This document shows, piece by piece, positions 19,409 through 26,966 of a stretch of 64,000 nt of DNA. The notes below the pieces were generated by a model that was not told the DNA's origin, did not search any database, and saw only the letters and a list, made by a program, of their open reading frames with translations. Numbering within the stretch: position 1 is the first letter of the stretch; each line of letters begins with the position of its first letter. This stretch comes from Paracoccaceae bacterium. Lineage in GTDB: Bacteria > Pseudomonadota > Alphaproteobacteria > Rhodobacterales > Rhodobacteraceae. Location of the stretch: positions 8,461 through 72,460 of the forward strand of contig JAIXZW010000009.1 of NCBI GenBank assembly GCA_027489375.1. Reading direction: 5' to 3'. Made by a program: the position numbers and the translations under genes.

Positions 19409-19477
19409 TCAGCCGATGAAATTGATGACCGCGAGCGCGACGACCACGATGCCGATGATGGCGAAGATGGGATACAT
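19409..19477 (-). CDS. 22-aa hydrophobic peptide ([22 protein letters not shown]), first cistron of the stress operon
   Basis: My own translation. An RBS (GGAGAA) lies 8 nt upstream of ATG 19477. Its stop overlaps the RBS of the next gene. It sits about 35 nt downstream of a perfect EcfG -10 element. Confidence 0.5.
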   Translation of the reverse strand: MYPIFAIIGIVVVALAVINFIG

Positions 19478-19511
19478 GGGCCGGTTTCTCCTGCGCTTGG
19501 GGATGAGGCAG

Positions 19512-19536
19512 AACGCAACCCTGTGGGGAATGTTCC
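19512..19536 (-). promoter_or_regulatory. sigma-EcfG-type promoter (GGAAC-N16-CGTT) for the peptide/holin-X/DUF3618 operon
   Basis: On the minus strand, GGAAC at 19536-19532, a 16-nt spacer, CGTT at 19515-19512. Confidence 0.75.
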
Positions 19537-19570
19537 GATTTCAAAGCAGCTTAAAGTGGATCATGCGCGG

Positions 19571-19595
19571 GGAACCGCGACGGGCGCGGGGCGTT
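19571..19595 (+). promoter_or_regulatory. sigma-EcfG-type promoter (GGAAC-N16-CGTT) for the DUF1328 gene
   Basis: GGAAC at 19571-19575, a 16-nt spacer, CGTT at 19592-19595, about 40 nt upstream of ATG 19637. Confidence 0.75.
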
Positions 19596-19636
19596 GGCCG
19601 GAGACGATAAGGCCAACAGCAGAAGGAGTGACCGAC

Positions 19637-19810
19637 ATGCTTGGATGGGCCCTTGCCTTCCTTGTGATCGCGCTGATCGCAGGGCTTCTGGGTTTCGGCG
19701 GGATCGCGGGCGCTTCGGCGGGAATCGCGCAATTCCTGTTCGTGGTTTTCATCATCCTGTTCGTGATCGCGCTGATTGCCCGCGCCGTGCGGGGGCGTCC
19801 GCCGCTGTAA
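19637..19810 (+). CDS. DUF1328 (UPF0391/YtjA-like) small membrane protein
   Basis: [47 protein letters not shown] is the family signature. An RBS (GAAGGAG) is present. Confidence 0.85.
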   Translation: MLGWALAFLVIALIAGLLGFGGIAGASAGIAQFLFVVFIILFVIALIARAVRGRPPL

Positions 19811-19837
19811 CGGAACATGCGACACAAGCAGCCGGAA

Positions 19838-19872
19838 CGGCCGCCGCACCCCCTGCGGCGGCCGTGGTTTTT
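19838..19872 (+). terminator. rho-independent terminator
   Basis: An 11-bp stem CGGCCGCCGCA / TGCGGCGGCCG with a C5 loop, followed by TGGTTTTTC. Confidence 0.85.
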
Positions 19873-19880
19873 CGCGTCCC

Positions 19881-19906
19881 GGAACCAGAGCGGGCGGTTT
19901 CAGGTT
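19881..19906 (+). promoter_or_regulatory. possible EcfG-type promoter, imperfect (GGAAC-N17-GGTT)
   Basis: GGAAC at 19881-19885 and GGTT at 19903-19906, about 30 nt upstream of ATG 19936. The -10 element deviates from CGTT at the first base. Confidence 0.4.
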
Positions 19907-19935
19907 GGGGGCGGCAATCTTCAGGGAGAACCGAG

Positions 19936-20184
19936 ATGAAGAAACTTTGGATCGTGCTGCCGATGGTCGGCCTTTTGGCGGCTTGCGAGACGCAGCAGCA
20001 GAACACGCTTGCGGGTGCGGCGGCGGGGGCGGCGATCGGGTCGGCGGTGGCCGATGACGATCTGACCGGTGCCGTGATCGGCGGTGTCGCAGGCGCTGCG
20101 GCAGGGTCGATGATCGGGCGCAACACGGCGGGCCAGTGCGTCTATCGCCGAGCAGACGGGTCGACCTTTACCGCCGCCTGCTGA
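19936..20184 (+). CDS. glycine-zipper lipoprotein (17-kDa-antigen/YMGG-like)
   Basis: MKKLWIVLPMVGLLAAC lipobox, then GAAAGAAIGSAVADDDLTGAVIGGVAGAAAGSMIG. An RBS (AGGGAGAA) is present. Confidence 0.8.
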   Translation: MKKLWIVLPMVGLLAACETQQQNTLAGAAAGAAIGSAVADDDLTGAVIGGVAGAAAGSMIGRNTAGQCVYRRADGSTFTAAC

Positions 20185-20206
20185 TCAAGGGGCGAGAGAC
20201 GGCATG

Positions 20207-20238
20207 GACCGGTGGGCAGACATGCCTGCCGGTCTTTT
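20207..20238 (+). terminator. probable rho-independent terminator
   Basis: GACCGG...CCGGTC with inner GGCAG/CTGCC pairing, followed by TTTT. Confidence 0.55.
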
Positions 20239-20243
20239 CGTAT

Positions 20244-20471
20244 TCAGGGGGAGTGGAGGTGCGACCTGCTTCGTGCCTGCGGCGGCGGTGGCGGTGGCGG
20301 TTGCCTGTTGCGGAGCACCTCGGCCAGTTCGGCGAGAAGCGCGTCGATCCGTGCCGTTCCGGCCGAGGGGGCAGAGGGCCGCAGATAGGCGCGGCGGAGG
20401 CTGTTTTCGACGGAATCGTCGGTCGTGGTCCAAGAGGGGGGCGAAGTCGGCCCTGATGCGGGACGGTTCAT
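20244..20471 (-). CDS. NepR-like small protein (candidate second anti-sigma factor)
   Basis: 75 aa. DSVENSLRRAYLRPSAPSAGTARIDALLAELAE can be aligned by eye with NepR in this window, SSIEENLRKVYQDLLAEEVPDRFKQLLAELR. An RBS (AAAGGA) and an A-rich upstream region containing TTGACA are present. It has a proline-run tail. Confidence 0.45.
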   Translation of the reverse strand: MNRPASGPTSPPSWTTTDDSVENSLRRAYLRPSAPSAGTARIDALLAELAEVLRNRQPPPPPPPQARSRSHLHSP

Positions 20472-20822
20472 GACGGGAGATCCTTTGCCTGTCGTGTTTT
20501 TTTTCTGTGTCAACTTGCGATGAAGGGGATTGGGTCCAAGAATGCCGCCGCCGCTGTCCTGACCGTTGCCGGATTGGGTTTGCATGCCCTGATTGCCGCG
20601 CTGGCTTTGGCCGTATTGCTGGCCGCCCGCCCGGTCTTCATGATCTGCCATCGCTTGTCCTCCTATCTGGCAAAGGGGGCACCTGCCCCCACGGGAGGGA
20701 AACCTGTCTTTGTCGGGGGCGTTCCTTTTCAATCCGCCGACGATTGCGCTGGTTTGTTGGGCAGGGGTTTGGCGGGCTGGGGGCGGGTGGCGGAGCCTTG
20801 CCGAAGGGAAGGCGCGGGCTGC

Positions 20823-20847
20823 GGAACCGTCCTGCCTGCCTGCCGTT
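20823..20847 (+). promoter_or_regulatory. sigma-EcfG-type promoter (GGAAC-N16-CGTT) for the Crp/Fnr-family gene
   Basis: GGAAC at 20823-20827, a 16-nt spacer, CGTT at 20844-20847, about 20 nt upstream of ATG 20868. Confidence 0.7.
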
Positions 20848-20867
20848 CCCATAGCAGGCCAGAGCGG

Positions 20868-21608
20868 ATGGATTCGGGAATGACGGCAACGCAACAGAAC
20901 TTCGTGGCCCGGCAGCAATCGGGCGTGGGCGAGGGCGAGTTGCGCAAGCTTTTGGTGCCGCTCGGCCGGCCGCAATCGGCGCAGCGTCACGAGGTGATCG
21001 CAAGGCGCGGCATGGCGGGCGAAAACCTGTTTCTTGTCCAGCATGGCTGGGCGCTGGCACGGGGGCCGAAGCAGAACGGACGATCGGCGATTTTGCGCAT
21101 CTTCCTTCCCGGGGATTTCATCGGGCTGAGCGATCTTGGTCTGGCGACGGTGCGGCAGGATGTGGAGATGCTGACCGAGGGCTTGCTGCATGTCGTGCCG
21201 CGGGCCGCGCTGGCAGGGGTGCTGCGGCAGAACGCGCGGCTATGGCCGCTGGTTCTGGCTCTTGCCAATGCCGAGCTGGCGGCGGCCCAGACGCGTGCCG
21301 TGCTGTTCGACCGTGCAACGGCCGAGGACCGGCTGATCCACCTGTTCCTCGACCTGCGCGGGCGGTTGGCGGTGGAGGGGGTCGGCGACGGAAACCGCTT
21401 TCCGCTGCCCATGAACCAGACCGAGATCGGCGAAGCGACGGGGATGACGGGCATCTACGTCAACCGATTGATCGGAAAGCTGGCGCGTGACCGCCAGATC
21501 GAGGTGCAGCGGCCCTATGTGCGCTTGCTTGACCGTGCCGCCTTCGAAAGCCGGATCGAGGAGATCGACCTGACGCCGCCGCTCGACCTGTCCTGGGCAT
21601 CGCGCTGA
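20868..21608 (+). CDS. Crp/Fnr family transcriptional regulator
   Basis: A cNMP-binding-like fold (LFLVQHGWALARG...ILRIFLPGDFIGLSDL) and a C-terminal HTH (MNQTEIGEATGMTGIYVNRLIGKLARDRQI). The start was placed after the promoter (ATG 20868 or 20880). Confidence 0.8.
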   Translation: MDSGMTATQQNFVARQQSGVGEGELRKLLVPLGRPQSAQRHEVIARRGMAGENLFLVQHGWALARGPKQNGRSAILRIFLPGDFIGLSDLGLATVRQDVEMLTEGLLHVVPRAALAGVLRQNARLWPLVLALANAELAAAQTRAVLFDRATAEDRLIHLFLDLRGRLAVEGVGDGNRFPLPMNQTEIGEATGMTGIYVNRLIGKLARDRQIEVQRPYVRLLDRAAFESRIEEIDLTPPLDLSWASR

Positions 21609-23143
21609 GGCGGGGCGGGGTCGGCCTCGCCATAGTCGCGAGGGAAGATGACGGTCGCGGTCGTCTGGCCGGAGCTGTCCATCTGCACGCTGCCGCCGAG
21701 TTGCGAGGCAAAGGCTTCGACAAGCCTGCTGCCCATGTGGCGGGGCGTGGTTTCCGGATCGAAGCCGGGCCCGTCATCGGCGACGCAAAGGCAGAGCGAG
21801 CCGTTGCCGAGATCGCGCATCGTGACGGACAGCGCCCCGCCCTGACGATGGGCAAAGGCGTGTTTGAAGGCATTGGCGACCAGCTCGTTGACCAGAAGCC
21901 CGAGTTGCATGGCGCGGTCGCCCGAAAGGCGGATTGCGGGAATGTCGATGCTGATGGCCACATCCGCACCATTGCTGGCTGCGATGTTTTCAACGAGCCG
22001 TTCGAGGTAGGGGGCGATGCAGATGTCTTCGAACCTGTCGGAGCGATACATGGCCTCGTGCACGGCGACCATCGCGCCGATGCGGCCGATCAGGCTTTTC
22101 TCCACTTCGGCCGGAAGATGTTCGAGCCGGATCAGCGACGAGACGGTCTGAAGGTTGTTTTTGACCCTGTGGTGGATCTCGCGCAGCAGGAAACCTGCGC
22201 GTTCGTTGGCTTCGGCCAGTTCGGTCTGGCGCCTTTCGTCGGTTTGCATCAGATGCGAAAGGTCGAGAAGCAGCCAGCCCATGCCAAGCAGGATGGGCAG
22301 GGCGAGGAGGCCCGATGTCAAGAGGTTGCGCCAGAAGGGGCGAAGCGCGAGGTCGCGGTCGATGCCGGACAGCGCGACGAGCGGCCAGTTGGGCAGTTGC
22401 CAGTAGCCGATGATCCGTTCGACACCGTCGACGGGCGAGGTTGTCGTGAAGTTACCGTCAGAGGCGGTTTCGAGTTCGTTGAAAAGTTGCCAGCCTGAAA
22501 GATCCATCGGATCGACGGGCGGAAAGCGGGCCAGAAGCACGCCGTCGCTGCGCACCAGTCCGAGGGTGGAAAGACCTTCGGCCCCGAGGGTTTCGGTCAG
22601 CGATTCGAGCGTGGCGATGGGAATCGACACGGTTGCGATGCCGGTAAATGGGCCGGACCTGTCAAGGCGGCGGACCACAAGGAAGACGGCCGTTCCGTCA
22701 GGTTCGCGGATCATGGGCGAAAGCGAGAGTTCGGCCCCTTCGCGGGCGGTGCGGAAGTAATCGCTGTCCGCGATGTTCAGGCGGGATGGCGAGGCGAGGC
22801 TGGAATGCGTCAGGTTTCCCGCAGCGTCGAAGACCGAATAGTGAAAGCCGACGGGCAGATCGCGTCCCGCATTGCCAAGGCCCATGATCGCGCCGGAATG
22901 GCCTGACGGGTCGGCGGTGGCGATGGAATCCTCGATCCTTTGCAGGGCGTGGGCGCTGGCTTCGAACATCCAGTTGTATTGGGTCGCCACGACATGGGCA
23001 GCGCGGTGCGCCGTGATTGTGGCCTTGCTTCGTGCGGAATTGTAGCTTTCGACGACGAGGACCGCAGCCAGCAGGGCAAGCATGGCGAGCATGGCGAAAG
23101 CCGTGGCGCGAACTGCGGTCTTTGCCTGAAACGTGGCGACCAT
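21515..23143 (-). CDS. sensor histidine kinase, HisKA_2/HWE-type, with periplasmic Cache-like domain
   Basis: TM-periplasmic-TM architecture. The H-box is REIHHRVKNNLQTVSSLIRLE. The HATPase region is LGLLVNELVANAFKHAF...DDGPGF. The 3' end overlaps the convergent crp-family gene by 94 bp. Confidence 0.85.
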   Translation of the reverse strand: MVATFQAKTAVRATAFAMLAMLALLAAVLVVESYNSARSKATITAHRAAHVVATQYNWMFEASAHALQRIEDSIATADPSGHSGAIMGLGNAGRDLPVGFHYSVFDAAGNLTHSSLASPSRLNIADSDYFRTAREGAELSLSPMIREPDGTAVFLVVRRLDRSGPFTGIATVSIPIATLESLTETLGAEGLSTLGLVRSDGVLLARFPPVDPMDLSGWQLFNELETASDGNFTTTSPVDGVERIIGYWQLPNWPLVALSGIDRDLALRPFWRNLLTSGLLALPILLGMGWLLLDLSHLMQTDERRQTELAEANERAGFLLREIHHRVKNNLQTVSSLIRLEHLPAEVEKSLIGRIGAMVAVHEAMYRSDRFEDICIAPYLERLVENIAASNGADVAISIDIPAIRLSGDRAMQLGLLVNELVANAFKHAFAHRQGGALSVTMRDLGNGSLCLCVADDGPGFDPETTPRHMGSRLVEAFASQLGGSVQMDSSGQTTATVIFPRDYGEADPAPPQRDAQDRSSGGVRSISSIRLSKAARSSKRT

Positions 23144-23255
23144 TCTGCTTCTGTGCCTCGTCGGTTTCGCGTTTTCCTTTGGTTTGTCCGTGTTTGGTCC
23201 GGATTGAAACTGTCAAAATGGGAATAATGAAAGGGTAGGTGGATTCTCGCCTGTC

Positions 23256-23283
23256 GGGAACCGCAGGGGCATGTCGGGGTTCC
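23256..23283. promoter_or_regulatory. palindromic pair of imperfect EcfG-like motifs (GGAAC-N16-GGTT on both strands)
   Basis: GGGAACC-N13-GGGGTTCC. The plus-strand reading faces the PRC-like ORF. The minus-strand reading faces the kinase gene, whose start is about 115 nt away. The -10 element is GGTT rather than CGTT. Confidence 0.4.
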
Positions 23284-23308
23284 TGCACCTTGTCGCGGGG
23301 GGGTGAGA

Positions 23309-23542
23309 ATGTGGCTGGCTGCGGCGGTCGGGCTTGCCTGCGGGGTGCTCGGCTTTGGCGAGGAGCACTATCCCGTGCCGTGGGCCGCCCTGCGCCATGA
23401 TGTGGCGCAGGGCGGCTATGTCACGGATGTCACGCCGGAACAGTTGCAAAGCGCGCCCGGTCGGGATGACGGCTGGTATGGCAGCCGCCATTGGGAGATG
23501 CGGACGCACGACAATTACGGGATACCCTATTACTGGATCTGA
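23309..23542 (+). CDS. PRC-barrel-like protein, apparently N-terminally truncated
   Basis: GFGEEHYPVPWAALRHDVAQGGYVTDVTPEQLQSAP matches the C-terminal half of PRC-barrel stress proteins (GFLGIGEKxxPxPWxxLxYDxxxGGYxVxxTxExLxxAP). About 45 N-terminal residues of the domain are missing. Confidence 0.45.
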   Translation: MWLAAAVGLACGVLGFGEEHYPVPWAALRHDVAQGGYVTDVTPEQLQSAPGRDDGWYGSRHWEMRTHDNYGIPYYWI

Positions 23543-23545
23543 CCG

Positions 23546-25426
23546 TCAGAGGACGAAGTCCGAGGCGTGGACCGTCGAGATGGCGTCGAGTTCGATGTGC
23601 ATGTCGGCGCGGCCATCGCCCGTGGTGTCGATGCAGAGGATCACATCGCCCTTCACCTCTTGATACCATACGCCGCGTGCGGATGCGGTGGTGCCGGTAA
23701 AGGTGAACGCCTGATCGGCGGAGATGCCGGCGTTGGCGTCGATGAGGTGGAGGTCGATCACGTCGCTGCCGGAGTGGAAGTCGGTGATGACGTCGCGGCC
23801 CTTGCCCAAGGCGCTGTCCGTGGCGGTGTTGAAGATGAACACGTCGCGGTCGGCATCGGCCCCGCCGGTCAGGAAATCCTTGCCCGCGCCGCCGTTCAGC
23901 GTGTCGGCTCCTGCGCCGCCCGAAAGCGTGTCGGCCCCTGCGTTGCCGAGCAGGATGTTGGCCGAGGCATTGCCCGTAAAGCGGTCGTTGCCCGCCCCGC
24001 CGGTCAGGTTTTCGACATTCGTGATGGTGTCGTTGCCATAGCCCGTGGCTTGGGCGGTGGTGATGCGCAGGTCGATGGTGGCCGCGGTGCTGCCGACGGT
24101 GATGGTGTCGGTGCCGTCGCCCCCATCCATCGTGTCGTCGCCCGTGCTGAGCGCCATCGAGTCATTGCCCGTGCCGCCGAGCAGCAGGTCGTTGCCGAGG
24201 CCGCCGTCGAGGACATCGTTGCCGTCGCCGCCTTCGAGCGTGTCGGCCCCGCCGTTGCCGAGCAGCCGGTCATCGCCGCCGAAGCCGAGGAGGTGGTTGG
24301 CGGCGTCATTGCCGGTGAAGGTGTTGGCCCCCGATCCGCCCGAGAGGTTTTCGACGTTGACGATGGTGTCGCTGCCGTAGCCGGTGTTTTGCGCGGTGGT
24401 GATGCGCAGGTCGACGGTTGCGCCCGCCATGCCGTTGAACACGACCCAGTCGGCGCCGTTGCCACCGTCGAGCAGGTCGTTGCCCGTGCCCGAGATCATC
24501 CAGTCGTTGCCCTCGCCGCCGTAGAGCTTGTCGTTGCCGCCGCCGCCGTTGATCGAGTCGTTGCCGGCTTGGCCGTTGATCGTCTCGGTCGCCGTGGTGC
24601 CGGTGAGCTGGTTGTTGCCGGCATCGCCGTTCAGCGCGGTCGGGTCGATCACGGGATCGGGTGTCGGGGTCGGCGTGGCGCCGCCTGCATATTCGGAATT
24701 GTATTCGTTGGGGCGGATGTCGAAGCCGTCGAGGTTGGCGACGAGCGGGGTGCCGTTATAGGCCCATGTGCCCGCCCAGCTGTATTGGCCCGAGGACACC
24801 GACCAGATGTCGACGAAGCTTTTCTGCGGGCCGATCTGCCAGACGCCGCCGGGCATGTCGGCGGGGCCGTATTGGCCGACGACCTTGCCGTCGACGTAAA
24901 AGGTGGCGCCCGTGGTGGTGACGGTCACTTCGTAGGTGTGTTTGCCCAGCGAGGCATCGAAGCCGAGGTCGACGATGATCGGGTGGCCCTTGGCCTGATC
25001 GAGCGAGATGTGCTGGCCCGAGCTGTTTTCCATGTGGATGTTGAGCTGGACCTTGGTCGTGTCATGGCCGACGAATTCGAAGTCGAATTCGATCCAGGGT
25101 TGGGTCTGGTAGTTGGCCTTGTAGGTGAACATGCCGAAGACAGCGCCGTCCTGCATCTTGGGTGCCTGGGCGACCCAGGTCCAGGTGCCGGTGGTGGCGA
25201 CCTCGTTCGACTGGAGTTCGGCGCCGTTGTAGGGGCGGGTGGAGCCTGCGGGGGCTGCGTTGAGCGTGAGGTTCACGGAACCGTCGGCGGCGCGGCTGAT
25301 GTTGTTGGCCGACCAGTTCATGTTGCCGGTCTGGCCTGCCGCCCAGGTCGAGACGAGCCATGAGTCGGCGGTCGAGGTCTGGCCCGAGGTGTAGGTCTTG
25401 ATGTCGTTATCGTACAGGATGGTCAC
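23546..25426 (-). CDS. GH16 endo-beta-1,3-1,4-glycanase with C-terminal RTX repeats (ExsH-like, T1SS substrate)
   Basis: The GH16 catalytic motif WIEFDFEFVG (ExDxE) is present, then many GGxGxD nonapeptide repeats (GGGGNDKLYGGEGNDWM...). There is no signal peptide. The C-terminus reads ...ISTVHASDFVL. The start was set at GTG 25426, 8 nt after an AAGGA. The tracked start is TTG 25450. Confidence 0.85.
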   Translation of the reverse strand: MTILYDNDIKTYTSGQTSTADSWLVSTWAAGQTGNMNWSANNISRAADGSVNLTLNAAPAGSTRPYNGAELQSNEVATTGTWTWVAQAPKMQDGAVFGMFTYKANYQTQPWIEFDFEFVGHDTTKVQLNIHMENSSGQHISLDQAKGHPIIVDLGFDASLGKHTYEVTVTTTGATFYVDGKVVGQYGPADMPGGVWQIGPQKSFVDIWSVSSGQYSWAGTWAYNGTPLVANLDGFDIRPNEYNSEYAGGATPTPTPDPVIDPTALNGDAGNNQLTGTTATETINGQAGNDSINGGGGNDKLYGGEGNDWMISGTGNDLLDGGNGADWVVFNGMAGATVDLRITTAQNTGYGSDTIVNVENLSGGSGANTFTGNDAANHLLGFGGDDRLLGNGGADTLEGGDGNDVLDGGLGNDLLLGGTGNDSMALSTGDDTMDGGDGTDTITVGSTAATIDLRITTAQATGYGNDTITNVENLTGGAGNDRFTGNASANILLGNAGADTLSGGAGADTLNGGAGKDFLTGGADADRDVFIFNTATDSALGKGRDVITDFHSGSDVIDLHLIDANAGISADQAFTFTGTTASARGVWYQEVKGDVILCIDTTGDGRADMHIELDAISTVHASDFVL

Positions 25427-25708
25427 GGTGTATGTCCTTTGCTTGGGCAAGCAGGGACCGTTCGCCCGAAAGGCGTTTCTGGCCGTATCTGCTGGTTTTC
25501 GGGATGCGGCTACCTGACCGCGTTTCGCCCTTTGGTTGTAAATTGATGCACCCGCTCGGGGCTATCCGGCGAAGTGCGGGGTGACGGCGGCATAGGGATG
25601 TCATTGTCATGGCAATAGCCAGACGTGCCGGACGAGCAGCCGGTTTGTAGGCTTTTTCCTGCCAAAAGTATGTTGAAAATCAGTGCGTTACGATGCGCTT
25701 CGGTTCGG

Positions 25709-26830
25709 TCAGGCGTGGCGCTTCGTCCAGTAGAGCCTGCCTGTCGCGGCGCGGGCGAGGACATGGCGCCAATCGTTTCCCGCAAGGGTTGCCGCATCGC
25801 GCAACCGGCCAAGGCGCAGGATGCGGGCCGCCGTTGCCGCACGCATGCGGGCAAGATCGGCCGTGTCGCAGCGAAAGGCGGAAAGCCGTCCGGGGACCAG
25901 TTCGCCCGCGATGAAGGCGCAATCGGCGGGGGCGAGTTCGTAGGGGCGGTACCCCGAAAGCTCCATCAGTTTTGCGGCGACGGCGGGGGCAAGCCATGCG
26001 ATCTCTTGCGGGGTCAACCGCAGGGCGGTGCGCAGGGATACGAGGCTTGCGGGCAGGGGAAGCGGGCCGTCGAGCAGGCGAAGAACCTCTGCCCCAAGGA
26101 CCATGTCGGGTTCGTGCCTGCGATTGCGGCGGGCGGAGAGGGCGGCGAGTTGCGAGCAGACTGCCATGCGCCGCCCGTTCTGGATGGACGCGGCCGAGAC
26201 GGAGTTGCCGTGCATGCGGTAGCGGCCAAGGATGTCGGGCAGGTTGGCAAGGCGGCCAAGGGGAAGGAGCCGCCAGTAGAGGTCGGTATCCTCGGACACG
26301 GGAAAGGGGCGGTAGAGGCCCGCCTTGAGCAGGGCCGCGCGGCGGAACATGGCGAAGGGCTGGGTCAGTTCGGGTTCGCGGGCGGGCAGCCAGTCCGGGT
26401 CGGCATGCGGGATTTCGGGGGGCAGATGCGTGCGGCCGGTATCGAGACCGTCTGCCGTCATCTCGATATGCGCACCGGAGAGGGCGACGAGTTCGGGCTG
26501 CCGAGCGAAACGGGCCATTTGCAGGCGATGGCGGTCGGGATGCGACAGGTCGTCTGCGTCGAGGCGGGCGACGAAAGGGGCGTTGCCTGCGCGGATGCCG
26601 GCATTCATCGCCGCCGCTATGCCGCAGTTGGCCTGACGGATCAGCGTGACGCGGGGATCGCCGCTGGAGACTGCAATGGATGCGGTGCGGTCGGTGCTGC
26701 CATCATCAACCACGATGACGCGCAGGGCGGGTTCGCTTTGGGCAAGGCAGCTTCGGATGGCGGCAGCGAGGGTGCCTTCGGCGTTGAACGCGGGAATCAC
26801 CACATCGACAGCGGGGGCAGATATCGTCAT
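25709..26830 (-). CDS. glycosyltransferase family 2
   Basis: DVVIPAFNAEGTLAAAIRSCLAQSEPALRVIVVDDGSTDRT and a DxD-like LDADD. Confidence 0.85.
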   Translation of the reverse strand: MTISAPAVDVVIPAFNAEGTLAAAIRSCLAQSEPALRVIVVDDGSTDRTASIAVSSGDPRVTLIRQANCGIAAAMNAGIRAGNAPFVARLDADDLSHPDRHRLQMARFARQPELVALSGAHIEMTADGLDTGRTHLPPEIPHADPDWLPAREPELTQPFAMFRRAALLKAGLYRPFPVSEDTDLYWRLLPLGRLANLPDILGRYRMHGNSVSAASIQNGRRMAVCSQLAALSARRNRRHEPDMVLGAEVLRLLDGPLPLPASLVSLRTALRLTPQEIAWLAPAVAAKLMELSGYRPYELAPADCAFIAGELVPGRLSAFRCDTADLARMRAATAARILRLGRLRDAATLAGNDWRHVLARAATGRLYWTKRHA

Positions 26831-26966
26831 GGCGCATCATGGAGGCGGTTGTCCGGAGTGGGGCGGGGCATCGGTCTTCTCCTGTCCGTCGGCGGGAAAA
26901 CCGATGCGCGGGGCTGTTGTTCCCCTTCGATGCGCAGGGAAGCGGGCAGGTGCCGAAAAGGGCCGG

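Noticed and set aside
20520-20867. N-terminal 116-aa hydrophobic extension in frame with the Crp-family gene
   Set aside because: A perfect EcfG promoter (20823-20847) lies inside it, its GC3 is only about 70%, and a membrane-anchored Crp would be atypical. The roughly 300 bp at 20520-20820 remain unexplained.
23290-23310. G7 homopolymer upstream of the PRC-like ORF as a frameshift site hiding the missing N-terminus
   Set aside because: Restoring the frame would add only about 11 residues starting inside the promoter motif. It cannot supply the missing ~45 residues of the PRC barrel.
23700-24700. Highly periodic repeats that might be mistaken for a CRISPR array or other non-coding repeat (also 49250-50350 and 52500-53650)
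   Set aside because: They are 27-bp-period coding repeats for RTX nonapeptides (GGxGxDxUx) inside long ORFs. There are no unique spacers and no cas genes.
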